Below are positions 51,136 to 64,000 of a stretch of DNA of 64,000 nt, piece after piece. The notes below the pieces were generated by a model, which worked only from the letters and a program-made list of their open reading frames with translations, was not told the DNA's origin and made no database searches. Positions within the stretch are counted from its first letter, which is position 1. The number at the start of each line of letters is the position of its first letter. The position numbers were made by a program, and so were the translations under genes. The DNA is taken from the NCBI RefSeq assembly GCF_006345805.1, contig NC_043009.1:33728001-33792000 (forward strand), given 5' to 3'. The stretch comes from Octopus sinensis. Its lineage: Eukaryota.

Positions 51136-52364
51136 TTGGCTCTGACTGGCAGGCTATCTGTTTACATGTCTGTCTTTGTCTGTCTGTCTCACTATTGATT
51201 TATATTCCACTATCAGTTTCAATTTCAAAATTTCACCACAGAAAGTTGCCACATTTATACAGAACAAAACAACAGAGTGAATGAGTTTGTATTTTTACTT
51301 CGACTTGTTAAAAATAACTGCCAAACCATTCTCAAATTATAAGCTACTGTCATAAATAGGGAAAAGACACATTGGACAATGTAGTCCTAGATTTACATAT
51401 CAATACCCCTAAAAATACAGTCACAGAATTCTTTAATCATAAATTTTCTCAGTGAGGTTTGACCCAATGCTAAACAGTAACAGTAATAACCTTTCTTGCT
51501 TTCTATGTCTCCCAACCTATTGGAATTATCTCTTCCCACTCACCACTTAATCTCTGGTTCAACTCAGCTGACAAATTGAAACATCAGTTCATATATCTGA
51601 GTGATAATAGTAGTTGTTGTTAAAAATGATGAGATTTATTTTTCTCTCCTTTTGATAATTCCTTACCTTTCTACTTCAAGCCATGCTCCATTTTCTTCTT
51701 GTGTTTCATTTTGTTTTCTTTCGGTTATTCTTTTTCTTTTTATTTTCATGTTGGTTTCTGTTTCTTCTTGGATTTCTTGCATTCCTCCTCTCAGTTGCAG
51801 AGTTCTATCTTTTCTCTTTCCACTCTTAATCATGTTATTTCTTTCTCTTTCACTCTTTCATCCAACCTTCTCTATATTTCACAGTCTGCAAACCTGATTG
51901 TTAACGTTCTTACTGCTGACTACTGATTAGTTCTCTCTCCTCTTCACACTGTCATCTTTTACCTATCTGTTTGTCTCCCTAATCCACCTTGCATTATAAT
52001 ACTTTCTTTCTCTCTAATGCATCTCTCTCAGCACAGTCATTGCTTTCACTTTCTCCCTCCCTAAGGCATGATAGAAAGGTGGAATCAATCAAAAAGAGGG
52101 ACACATGGCTTGGCCTTTTATAACATTGTCATTTTATTTCCAAAGTTTTTCTCAACAATCACACTTCTTTGAACCCTCATCCATTGTTTCCATCGGATTG
52201 CCAATTCTTTCAAACATTAAGTTCTTCAATCATTAAATGCCTGCTAGAATACCAATGTAACTTGCTTATGAAGAAATAGACACAGAATACATGCCAAAGT
52301 GGAATGAGCTTTGCATCACAAGTTACTTGTCTTGCAAGGCAATAATTCCAGACAAGAACTAATA

Positions 52365-52751
52365 GATAGAAGCACTCCATCGGTTACGACGACGAGGGTT
52401 CCGGTTGATCCAAATCAACGGAACAGCCTGCTCGTGAAATTAACGTGTAAGTGGCTGAGCACTTCACAGACACGTGTACCCTTAACGTAGTTCTCGGGGA
52501 TATTCAGCATGACACAGAGAGTGACAAGGCCGGCCCTTTGAAATACACGTACAACAGAAACAGGAAGTAAGAGTGAGAGAAAGTTGTGGTGAAAGAGTAC
52601 AGCAGGGATCACCACCATCCCCTGCCGGAGCCTCGTGGAGCTTTAGGTGTTTTCGCTCAATAAACACTCACAACGCCCTGTCTGGGAATCGAAACCGCGA
52701 TCCTATGACCGCGAGTCCGCTGCCCTAACCACTGGGCCATTGCACCTCCAC
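52365..52751 (-). mobile_element. Full-length young tRNA-derived SINE with 13-bp TSD
   Basis: A box TGGCCCAGTGG and B box GGTTTCGATTCC on the minus strand; CpGs retained; TSD ACAAGAACTAATA at 52352-52364 and 52752-52764. Confidence 0.88.
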
Positions 52752-52783
52752 ACAAGAACTAATACAGAATTAAGAAACTAATC

Positions 52784-53188
52784 TTGACTGAATCAGCTTC
52801 GCTGACTGACAGGTAACGGTTGTTTAGAAAAAGCGCGGGCTAAAACTACGCGCCTTCACTAGTCAGTTAAGGTGAGACAGTGTCACATGACAACTTGCTG
52901 GAGCTGCCTGCTGGAGACTATGCGGCAGGTATTTAAAGGGAGAAATTTGACAAGACAGTCAGTCACCGGCTGACACTCGCTGACGATACATCGAAGAGGC
53001 CAGGGAACAGAAGAAAGAAGACATGCACCCAACACCAGAGCTGAAGACACCTCTGAAGCGGGGGGCCCCGCCACATCAAAACAGTAGAGGAGTAGGGGCT
53101 GAAACCAGACGTGGTTCCTCCTAATGATGTCTTGAACTAACTGGATCCTATAAAGGAGCTGCCACGAAACATGGTTGTAATTCCTTCC
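52784..53188. mobile_element. Unclassified 405-bp insertion with 22-bp direct repeat
   Basis: Flanked by ATACAGAATTAAGAAACTAATC at 52762-52783 and 53189-53210; GC/CpG-richer than its flanks. Confidence 0.7.
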
Positions 53189-56133
53189 ATACAGAATTAA
53201 GAAACTAATCCTTTTCCAAAAGGACATCTCTAATGCTGGTAGAACACATCCCATACATGCCATGAAATGAATAATGGTAGGAAAGACATCCAGCTACAGA
53301 AAAATGCTGAAAAATGATAGTATAAAGAAGATGCAGAATCTGCAAGACAAGTTACAGGTAACTTATCTATGAGAGCAGTAAACCTGAGATATAAATGAGA
53401 GGGGAGTCTTTAATCCTCATTACATGGAACAATGCTTTTAATGCCAGTGGTAGCCAGTCTATGTATTGAGATATAAACATCTCTAATATGGCTTTATGTA
53501 AGATAATGTGGGCTATGATGAACTGGCCTGTCCATATCAGCATGAATTAAAATAGCAAACAGACATAAAATGATGGTGATGGTGGTGGTGGTGGTAGTGG
53601 TCATCGTCGTCGTCATGACAGTCATTCTTCCCTTTGAACCAAAGAAATTATGTTTCCATTGGTTTTTCAAATTGCTGATACATTCTGTCATTTGGAACAC
53701 CTGACAAAATGATGATCATAATTGAATCCATATCCATGAAGCCTTCTCATAAAATTATGGCCCATGTGGGCCTTTTTTTTTGAAAGCTTAGCATGAGGAA
53801 TGAACTGACACAGCTTCATTGTTATTTAATAATTCATGATTTGCTCACCAATTCGTTTTCACGTTTACCAAAGAAGGAAACCCCATAAAGTAGATTCCCA
53901 ACCATTAGCAGACATTGCCAAACAGCACCAGCTCCACTTTGCAGCATAGAGTTTGTATTATTGTACATGTCTGGCAAACAACATGGAAAAGAAAGAAATG
54001 GGAAGAGAGAGAAAGGAAGATTGCACAAAACTTTGGAGATGGTCTGTAAGAACTGGATCTTAGGGGAGAAGAAGATGTGGTCACTGCTAATAGAAGCTGA
54101 TGGAAAAGACACCTTGACCAATGTGCTATCAAGAACAGGGGTGGTCTATCTTTAAATTAGTTATTATGCCCTCTGTTGGTCCCATTGGTCAAAAGTGGTT
54201 GATTGCCTCAGAGAAATATGGCAAAGTGGAACAAAACTACTTTCAGACTTCAAGGTAGAAAATGTTCTCAAAATTCAAGGATGTCAAACATTTTTTTAAG
54301 GAGGTGCTCAGAAGACAGAAACTGATGTACCAACTGGACCCATACCTCACAAGTCCCGGTTATTGGTATGAAGAGAGAGTAAATTTTCAATGAAAACATT
54401 ATATTACTTTATTTGGATTTAATCTTGATGAAAATTCTCTTTTTCTCTGATGCTAATTCCAGACTGTTGCCATGCTTGGAATTTGTTTACATTCCATACA
54501 AATAAAAACTTAAACTCATTCTGTAACTTTGAATTATTTTCTATATTTGTAATGGTTTAATGAGTTGAGGAGAGGCAAAATTTATGGCACTCTACTTAGG
54601 GTTTAGTGTCAAAATGATAGACAGTGTCTGTGGCCTTTTATTCAGGGTTTAGTGACAAGAGGAGAGACATATCTATGTTTCTTTATTTCCACGTGTACTC
54701 CAAGACTGCTGGACAAAAACCCCAACTGCATTTACAGGAAATTACCCTCAGAATACAGAAATGATCCAAATGCTTGCAACAGGGTGGACTCTGTTCAAAG
54801 TACACAAGAGCCTGGTGGTGGTATTGAGCTGGGTAATGGCTTAAGTCCACAGCATCAACACTCAATCTCTACATTAAGTAGTGCACAATACATTTGCATT
54901 ATGATTCATTACGGCATTGTAACCCCAACCAATGGAGGCACGTGGCCCAGTGGTCAGGGTGTTTGGCTCACAATCATAAGGTTGTAAGTCAATTTCCAGT
55001 GGCACATTTTGTCCTTGAGCAAAACACTTTCTCTCATGTTGCTCCAGTCCATTCACCTGGTTGGCAAAAATGAGTTGTACCTGTAATTCAGAAGGGTCAG
55101 CCATGTCACACTGTCTGTCACATTGAATCTCCCTGATATTGCACATTAGTTTCACGAGTAGGCTTTTCCGCTGATCAAATCGACTGAAACACTGATCAGT
55201 GTAACCAACACAGAGCCAGTTAACCCTAATCATAGGTGTGTGGCCAAGTGGTTAAGATGCTGTGCTCACAATTATAAGGTCTCAGGTTCAGTCCATGGAC
55301 CAGGTGGCATATTGTATCCTTGAGCAAGGGACTTCATTTTATATTGCTCCACTCTACTCAGCTAAAATTGAGTTCCAGCCCAGTGCTGATGTAGCTTTCT
55401 CTCCTTCCAGCTGTTATATTCTTTATATTCTGCTGGGCAAAGGGTCGGAGTCTCAAGAAGAGGACTATGTCTGCTCATAACTCTGTAAAATTGACAAGAA
55501 AAGCCACGGTACAAATCACCGAGTCACACTCACTCCTGAGTGATGAATAAGCTGCTTGTTTTTAATCAAAGCTACAACCGTTTTACATTGGGATAAAAAG
55601 TTAGGAGTAGATCTAATTAAGCAAATGTTTTAGGTGGGTGTTTGGTAAAACACAACTCTATACAAATGTCTCACTTTACAATCTCAGATGACCTTTTGTG
55701 GCAACCACGGGTTGGGCTTCATAGTATGCCAAGGGTCAAGTTTCCTACGCAGGTTTTAAAAAATACTTCTCTTACTATAAACAGATGCTACAACAATGAT
55801 ACAAGATACAAGTCAGCTGCCCTACATTACAAAGCTGATTATACATCTAGGCCATAGCTGCTACCAAATACAGAAACTTCTAGACACCACATCCACAAAA
55901 GTCTAAAATACACACCTTCACTCTTTTAAACATTATGAACCAACGAGAGAGCTTCTATAGGGTCACCTGGTATGCTAGAAATAGAGACTAAACCATCCTC
56001 AGATCACTTTTTATAAACGGACTCATAAGATCAGTTGTTCTCAGTTTTTTAGAAGATTCCCCTTTCTGCAAAGAGCATTTTACAAATCCTCCCTTGGCAT
56101 CTTCCACCACCACCACCAGAAAAGAAAAGAAAC

Positions 56134-56299
56134 AGGCGTCGGAGTGGCTGTGTGGTAAGTAGCTTGCTAACCAACCACATGGTTCCGGGTTCAGTCCCAC
56201 TGCGTGGCATCTTGGGCAAGTGTCTTCTGCTATAACCCTGGGCCGACCAATGCCTTGTGAGTGGATTTGGTAGACGGAAACTGAAAGAAGCCTGTCGTA

Positions 56300-56356
<57 letters not shown>

Positions 56357-56565
56357 CTGTGTTTGTCCCCCTAGCATTGCTTGACAACCGATGCTGGTGT
56401 GTTTACGTCCCCGTCAATTAGCGGTTTGGCAAAAGAGACCGATGGAATAAGTACTGGGCTTACAAAGAATGTCCTGGGGTCGATTTGCTCGACTAAAGGC
56501 GGTGCTCCAGCATGGCCGCAGTCAAATGACTGAAACAAGTAAAAGAGTAAAGAGAGAGTAAAGAG
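56134..56565 (+). mobile_element. tRNA-derived SINE family A, full length, young
   Basis: GGAGTGGCTGTGTGGTAAG head, GGTTCAGTCCC B-box-like, central (TA)n(TG)n, GACTGAAACAAGTAAAAGAG tail; same family recurs about 9 times in the window. Confidence 0.85.
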
Positions 56566-57371
56566 AAGCTAAATGTGCACAATGGTTTACTTATCCACAT
56601 TTTTAATATTATTCCATCGACCATGTAATGTCTTTTACATGTTTACAAGGACTATTCTGTGATGTAGTGTAGGGGTTGGCTTCCATGTGTTGTAGCCACT
56701 CCTTTCATACCTTCAGTATATGTTTGTCAACTCCAAACAGGACCACCCTGAAGAGTCTGCACATCCCCACCACCACCACTCTATGCCACTGGGATTAGTA
56801 TCCCTTGTGGTAAATTTTTATGACAATTACTAACGGTGAAGACTTAGATAATAGAATTATATTTGACTTTGGTACGTCATTAGTTCATGTTTCTGCTCAG
56901 AAAGATGAAATATTGCACCTGGTTGAAGTATTTTATTTCTAAGAAAAATTCACAACCCTTCTAAACACCCAGTACCCCTCGCTCTCTCCCCAGTACCCCC
57001 CACTGAACCTGAAATGCCCTGAAGGGAGTCCTGCTGCACAGGTTAGGAGCTACTGCATTAAATAATGTAATCCTGGGTTTGCTGCAAATAGGAAAAAGAG
57101 ACACAGCTGGAATGTCTTTCATCATAGATCTGTTCAATAAAAGCCTCACTTGGGGGATAAACAAGATCAATAACAAGTCTCCAGTCTTTAAAATGACAGA
57201 ACACATCAAAGAATATAGTCCTAGATGACATAATGTCTAGAAAATAGATATGTCTCCTGGCAGAGGAAAAAGATGTATTCCTTAGACTTGTTGGATTCTT
57301 TTGAACTGTCATGTCCATGCTAGTGTGGATGGCAGATGTTACGTGATTTCACTGCATCACTGTATTGACTC

Positions 57372-57782
57372 GACTCTTTACTCTTTTACTTGTTTCAGTC
57401 ATTTGACTGCAGCCATGCTGGAGCACTGCCTTTAGTTGAGCAAATCGACCCCGGGATTTATTCTTTGTAAGCCCAGTACTTATTCTATCGGTCTCTTTTG
57501 CCAAACCGCTAAGTATCGGGGACGTAAACACACCAGCATCGGTTGTCAAGCAATGTTAGGGGGACAAACACAGACACACAAACATATACACACACATACA
57601 TATATATATATACATATGTACAACAGGCTTTTTTCAGTTTCCGTCTACCAAATTCACTCACAAGGCATTGGTCGGCCCGGGGCTATAGCAGAAGACACTT
57701 GCCCAAGATTCCACGCAGTGGGACTGAACCCGGAACCATGTGGTTGGTTAGCAAGCTACTTACCACACAGTCACTCCTGCGA
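57372..57782 (-). mobile_element. tRNA-derived SINE family A, full length
   Basis: Reverse complement of the 56134-56565 copy. Confidence 0.85.
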
Positions 57783-57898
57783 CTAGTGAATGTTGTTACA
57801 CATCGCTTGTCACAATGCACATCCTCGCATTGTTGTAGCTCCTGAATGATGCCGTCTGCTGGCTAGGCAAGCCAATACATGATGTACGTATGTATGTA

Positions 57899-58109
57899 CA
57901 AGGGGGTGCTGAAAAGTTCCTGGCTTTGTGTAAAACAAAATACAGGAGGATCAGTTAATTATGATTTTTTTTTACATACTCTCTTCTCAGATTCACACAC
58001 TTACTGCAGAGGACCTTCAGTTTTTCTAAGCTCTGAACTCAGAAGTTTGGGCCTTCAACCAGGCTTTTCACGACACCCTTAAAGCCAGCAACTTTTCAAC
58101 ACCCTGTTG
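57899..58109. mobile_element. Tc1/mariner-type MITE
   Basis: TA TSD; TIR CAAGGGGGTGCTGAAAAGTTCCTGGCTTT / AAAGCCAGCAACTTTTCAACACCCTGTTG. Confidence 0.8.
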
Positions 58110-59679
58110 TATGTTTGTAACCGAAAGAAACCTGTTGTATATTATTAGTATATATGTTCCTACAACTGGCTTCTTCCTGTGACTGCCTCCCAAATCTACT
58201 CCCAAGACTTTGTTGGTACAAAGCTATTGGCACAAAGCACTTACCTAAGATGCTGTGGAGTGGGACTGAACTCAAAATCACGTAACTGAAAAGTGAATTC
58301 CTGTAATATTTCCTAAGCCTTACACTTAATTTTTGATATGCTTCTACCCTCACCACCATATCCTCCTCCTCCCCTTTATGGCTCAGTTATTTAAATTTAA
58401 ATACCATTTCCTCTGAAATCCGTTATGTGTGCACACATATTCATACATACACTCACAAGCACACGCACATATACACTTTCATACACACACATACAAGCAA
58501 ACGTGTACACACATACGTATTTATACACACATACATACATGTATATATATGCACATGCACATCCGCAAAATTATTCCCACGTTCCCTTTCCCCATTCTAC
58601 AAACTGTTCCTTACTTAATTGACTTTTAATGTTTGCTTTAAGCTGTGACGGTGGCGGCGGAGATTATTGCGATGATAGCGACAGGGCCTGTGATAGTATT
58701 GGTTGTCGTGATAATGGTGGCGCTGGTGGTGATGGGAGCGGTGATGATGACGACGGTGGTGGCAAGAGATGGTGATTGTGATAGGGGATGGTAACAATAA
58801 TGATGATGATTGCCTGTCTTATCCAAACAGCATAACCGTTCAAATTCAAAACTTGCCAGCAACAAAACAGTAAATTCTAATAAAAGCACAAAGCCACAAA
58901 TTTAAAAATGTGTGTTTGAGGGGTAGAAGGAGTAAATTATATTGATCCCAGTATTGTCTGATACTTTATTTTGTCCCACAGAAGTACAAAAGTCAAAGTA
59001 TTTGAACCCAGAACGTAAAGGACCATAGCTAATAATTCATCAATCAAGACATTTTGTTCGACGCTCTAACGATTCTTTCAAGTAATTTACAATTAATATA
59101 GACCTAGTTTCCTTAACAGACCCCAGTTATAAAATTATAAATTTTGTAATATCTACTGGAATCTTCTACCAGTAATTATAGCGAAAAAGATCCTTGTCAA
59201 ATAGTATTCGGAATCGTTAAAACCCATTTAAAACAATTTTTAAAAAAAAGACTAATTAGTTTGAGATAATATTATTTGCAACGAAAAATTGATTAAATTT
59301 TAAACGATAAAAGAAAAGTAATTAAAAAGCTTTCAAAAAGTATTCAATGAAAATATCAAAATTATATGAAAGTTTTCTAAAAAGAATTTGATTGTTAACA
59401 CTAGATCTACCGTAATTCAGAAAACCTATGATTAAAGACGTTCTAGTTATGACCATCCCATCTTATATATTTAAGATTACATTTTTCAAAAAACGGTTGG
59501 GTGAAATGTGAACGAATTTGGTTGCTATTTCTACCAGATCAAAGAACCGCTTGTGGGAGGGTTCCTCTGTTGATTGGAGAGAAATCTGCTAGTTTAATTC
59601 ACAGCAACAAAATCGGGAAAGTTTGTATGAGTGTGTATGTGAAGATATATGTGTGTGCGCATGTGAGAGTGTTATAGCT

Positions 59680-59849
59680 GTCTGCTGTCACCCGGGTACA
59701 TTACGACACAGTTGGGACGACAACAACAACAACAACGGCTCTAAAAAAACGGCGCCATTTTTAAAGTTCAGTAGTGAGTCATCTGTTGAACTAGAAACAT
59801 TTTCTATGTCTGGATAGACGGAGGACTTCGATGTTCCTCTCATGTAAGT
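59680..59849 (+). promoter_or_regulatory. Promoter and first exon of an unidentified + strand gene
   Basis: CpG cluster, YY1 motif GGCGCCATTTT (59751-59761) and a consensus GTAAGT donor at 59844. No recognisable coding exon downstream within the window. Confidence 0.45.
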
Positions 59850-62189
59850 AAAATTAGTGTCAATGACACCCTCATTTCTACCTTAAATTTTTATTTTGCA
59901 TTAATTAATGTTCATTCAACGATGCCTAGAGTATTTTTTATGTGTTTTATAATTAATTTCTTCAAAGTTTTGATGTCCTGCTCTTTTGTAATGTTTGTTT
60001 TTAATTGAAACATTTTATTAAACTTTGTCAAAAAAATGGGTTTCAATATTTCTATGTGCAATTTTAAAGGACAGTTATTTTTGAAGGTTAATATACATCT
60101 AATTAAAAATTATTTAAATACCTGTAAATGAAGTTGTGGGTTTCTTAATTGCTTCAGGTATTTTGTGCATACATAACAGGGACCAGTTCGGTAGTCGCAA
60201 TTTATCTCATTGTAGTTCTGTCAGCTTAAATGTTTGTTTGAAATGTATATTTTAAAGTTCTGATGATCTAATAATTGTCTTAATTTAAACAGTTTCTTTC
60301 ATTGCACAATTAACATCACCTTTCTTTCTGCTACGAGTTCCAAATAGGGTAATCAGTCATAGTTTCTTTGTATATTTTAATAATTTGTTTAAATTATTTA
60401 ATTATCAAAACAAGTTTAATAAAACTGGAAGGTAGGAAATTCTTATTAAATTCTTAAATTTTTAGTCATTAACTTTTCTTGTAAATGTTTCTTCTTTGTC
60501 ATAATTTTAAATTTGATTTTTGAGGAATTTTTCAAATGCAAATATTTAATCAGGTGAAAAAAGAAGGTGGGGTGGGATGCACCATAATTCTTTTAATTAT
60601 TTTTTCCATGTATGTATGTTTCTGTATCCTGTATTTATAATCTTAAATCGCGTTTCACACGCAACTGTCAAACATTTTGTAATGTTATGTTCCCTGAAAT
60701 ATCTTTTTAAAACCATGCGGCTGACCCCTTTTAACCGATTTATTAAGCAGCACCCAAGCGTATGTTTGTGTGTGTGTCTGTGTGCATACACACACATACG
60801 CATGTACACATCCTGCCACATACTGTTTTGACCCTATCCTAACACCACCCCCAACCATTTTATTTGCTACGAATTCTAAATTGACATTTTCTTTCGATGA
60901 AGCTATCAGCAGGTAAATTGGCCGTTTTATTTCAAAAAAGGCCAAACACCTGATCACCAGGTGTCCAACTGCTTCACAACAATATTTTGCCTGATTCATA
61001 GACTGAATGGAGTGACTAATAACTACATTGACAGCTGACCTTGCTACTTGTTCTTCAATAATTTTGAATGAGCCATTTGTTCTAATCACAATCTTCCTGT
61101 TTACTCTAGATAATACGTTATTTTTGTTTTGATACCCGGAGGATATATGTATAATATAATGTACGTGTGTAGAGAGAGAGAGAGTTTGTGGGGTTGAAAT
61201 GAACGATGTTATTGTAAGCGAGGGAGATGATTGCTGATTTAGATTTAATCTTAGATTAATTTGCTAACATCATTTTAAATGATGTCTCTATTTGAGTCTT
61301 TGACTTCTGAACAGCCTTCAATGTCTCTGTATTTACCAAATCTTCTCCAGCAACATTTCTCTTTCATAAGATGTGGCAATGAATAGTCTTGATACAAATG
61401 AGATGAACTTGGTTCTTTCTTCTTTGTCATTTTGTCTTTACCTGTCAGTTATTTAAAAATCAGGTGTGATACTCTTCTAACACTCTTGTGGTCTAGCATT
61501 GATTTAACTGGTTATATTTTATAGCTACTCTCTCACTCTCTTTCTCACACACACGCCCTTATCTTTGGCCATTTCTATGGTCATAGATTGGTCAGGTCAT
61601 TCTTATAGCCTTTCTTTAATAATTTCATGAGAAAATGCAAATTTTCTGCTTTTGTCAATATGAATCATCATTATTAATACTTATAAAGACTTGAGTAGCA
61701 AGATATCTGTAGATCTAGTCATTACATCAACTCTAACTTATTTGATTGAGTTCTCCTTTAGATCACTAAGCCTTATCCAAGATTATCACATCTGTATATA
61801 TATTGCATGATCAACCAGATTATTGGGTGTTGTTATACATCGCTAGTCACAATGCACTTAGGATGGTTTTAGCTTTTGAATGATGCCCCCCTGTTGCCTA
61901 GGTGAACAGGCCAAACAGTCCCTCTATTTGGAAGGCTAGTCTCACAGCATTACCCATTTACAGCTGAGTGGACTGTGACTCTGTGTACATATATATACAG
62001 AGAGAGAGAGAGAGAGCAGTTGCCATGTTTCATTCCATAGCAGCTTCCCCTGAAGAGTGCAGGGTTACATAATCGGATAGTTACCTAACACTCCGTTGAA
62101 CCCCCTACTGCAAAACCGATTGGTAAGATCGACCATAATGGATATATAGTACTGTACACTTGGATAGGCAAGGTGGCTGAGTTCCTTTT

Positions 62190-62430
62190 GAGTCTTGGGC
62201 CTCACGGAGACAATGACTGAGACCTTTGGCATTATGTTGTGCTTGAGAAGAAGACCCATCAAGCTGAGTAAAATAGCAGTCATGGCAGATACTGGTGCCA
62301 CGCAAATTGACACTCATGCTGGTGGCACGTAGATGCACCCTGATGTCACACAAATGGCACCTGTGCTGGTGGCATATAAAAGCACCCATTACAACTCACA
62401 GAGTGGTTGGTGTTAAGAAGGGCATCAATT
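62190..62430 (+). mobile_element. RTE LINE 3' end and tail
   Basis: TTGGGCCTCACGGAG.CAATGAC...GTGCTTGAGAAGA followed by the GGTGGCAC tail units. Confidence 0.65.
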
Positions 62431-62559
62431 TCATGTTCTGTTTGATCCCTACCAATAACACCAATGTATTTGAGTGGTCTTCTTCCTTTAATACGGTACA
62501 GAAGTCTCCAAAACATAACATCTGATATGGCCTGTTATTCAGCTTGCTAGAAGTGACCA

Positions 62560-63050
62560 GGAAAGCTTACACTCTCACCTAACCATAGAAATTTACAACT
62601 TTATGGCCCTTAACAGGATTTCACTTCACATTCATCCCAATCTAAAATGGAACCAAAACTGCTTCCTCAAAGGCAGGTCCTTGCTCTTATAAGAATTTTA
62701 GAACTCAGATTCTTCAAGCAAATAGCATCAGTTGTATCTGGATTTCTTCAAAACATTTGTGTTAACAGAAAGGTTATGTTCCAGAACGAGTTTAACTCTG
62801 GTACCCTTGATGAGATTCTCAAAGCCCTCACCATCATATCAGAACAGTCAGCAAAGCACAGATGGTTTAACAAAGGAGTTTCCATCAACAGCACCAATAA
62901 TCTTTTAGGGAAACACTCTATCCCCTTTTTGTTTTTGTAACTCTAGTGGAACACATCTTTAGCCAGTCTTGACTTCATCCAAGACAGTGGCCTCATCTGT
63001 AGGTGCAAGACATCAGTGGAGAGTGTGTACCTATGATCTTGCCTTGCCCT
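62560..63050 (-). mobile_element. Highly decayed LINE reverse-transcriptase remnant
   Basis: Minus-strand frame gives QKQKGD and RKQFWF at spacing resembling the YK.KGD...QFGF RT motifs; many stops. Confidence 0.35.
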
Positions 63051-63459
63051 CACAACTCATTGTGTGATGTGCAAAACTTAACATCTCTTGAGAATGCTGT
63101 AATCAAAATTGGTCTGTTATAATATACCTCTGTGTGTGTGTTTGTGTATGAGATAGAAAGGGTTCTCTTTAGTTTTGCTGAAAGTATGACCACCTCTTTT
63201 GTGTTGATGCCATGATAAAATAATAAACTTAGTACATCCTGTAAAGAGGTTGGTGATAGGAAGAGTGTCCAGCTGTAGAGAATATGCCCAAAATGGAACA
63301 CACACCAAAGGCATGGTCTCTGAATAGAATAGTTTATAGCATTGTACACATTATACACCCATGAATGCCGTAGCTTTTTACAGTCTATACATTATTCATA
63401 TCACTACATTTACATGATTACATTGTACACATGTATAAATCAGTTTAATAGTTTATTAT

Positions 63460-63614
63460 ATGTGGGTGTGTGGTAAGAAGCTTGCTTCTCAACCACATGG
63501 TTCCAGGTTCAGTCCCACTGTATGACACCTTGGGCAAGTGTCTTCTACTATAGCCTCAGGCTGACCAAAGCCTTGGGAGTGGATTTAGATGGAAACTGAA
63601 AGAAACCTGTTTGG

Positions 63615-63654
<40 letters not shown>

Positions 63655-63750
63655 CAGTCCTACAGTCAATGTGTTTGACTAAAACCTTTCAAGGCGGTGC
63701 CCCAGCATGGCCACAGTCAAATGACTGAAACAAGTAAAAGAATAAAAGAT
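63460..63750 (+). mobile_element. SINE family A, internally deleted
   Basis: Head, microsatellite and tail match family A. Confidence 0.75.
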
Positions 63751-64000
63751 CTAATTTATTACATTGTACACATAAGTACTTTAGATTATTACATTCCACA
63801 CATCTAAACAGTAGAATTCAGATTAAATACTAACCAAAGGAGAGAAATAGAATAAGAGGAAACTGGTGATGGTTTGTATTAGGAAAGGTAGCTTATGAGA
63901 ATCTTGATAGACTTAAGAAATGTGGTTTTTCAAAGAATGATCACATCTGGAACACCACAAGTCATGGCACATAACCTTATATTTTGGTTTACAAGTTTTA

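Noticed and set aside
58638-58889. His/Thr-rich ORFs, and the many YIYI/THTH/CVCV ORFs across the window
   Set aside because: Artefacts of decayed trinucleotide and dinucleotide microsatellites.
62647-62940. 97-aa + strand ORF as an exon of the 59.7-kb gene
   Set aside because: No splice signals or homology; the opposite strand looks like a decayed LINE RT.

Overview
AT-rich, microsatellite- and retroelement-dense animal genomic DNA; the repeat families look like coleoid cephalopod (Octopus), which is an inference. The window is dominated by the 5' two-thirds of CEP135 on the minus strand. I reconstructed 13 coding exons (45809 down to 149) with canonical AG/GT ends and consistent phases, giving 689 codons; the gene runs off the left edge. 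An intact, intronless 738-aa RAD54L ORF (9997..12213, +) is nested antisense inside a 4.4-kb CEP135 intron and has its own promoter-like region and poly(A) signal. A probable first exon of an unidentified + strand gene lies near 59.7-59.85 kb. The introns and intergenic DNA hold tRNA-derived SINEs, RTE and R4/Dong-type LINE fragments, piggyBac- and mariner-type MITEs, a non-autonomous Helitron, a decayed 5S rRNA copy and a ~1.1-kb minisatellite with higher-order structure. There are also hammerhead-ribozyme-like motifs, two of them in a ~430-bp palindrome of head-to-head SINEs next to a CEP135 splice acceptor. No database searches were run; family and orthology calls rest on recognised motifs.
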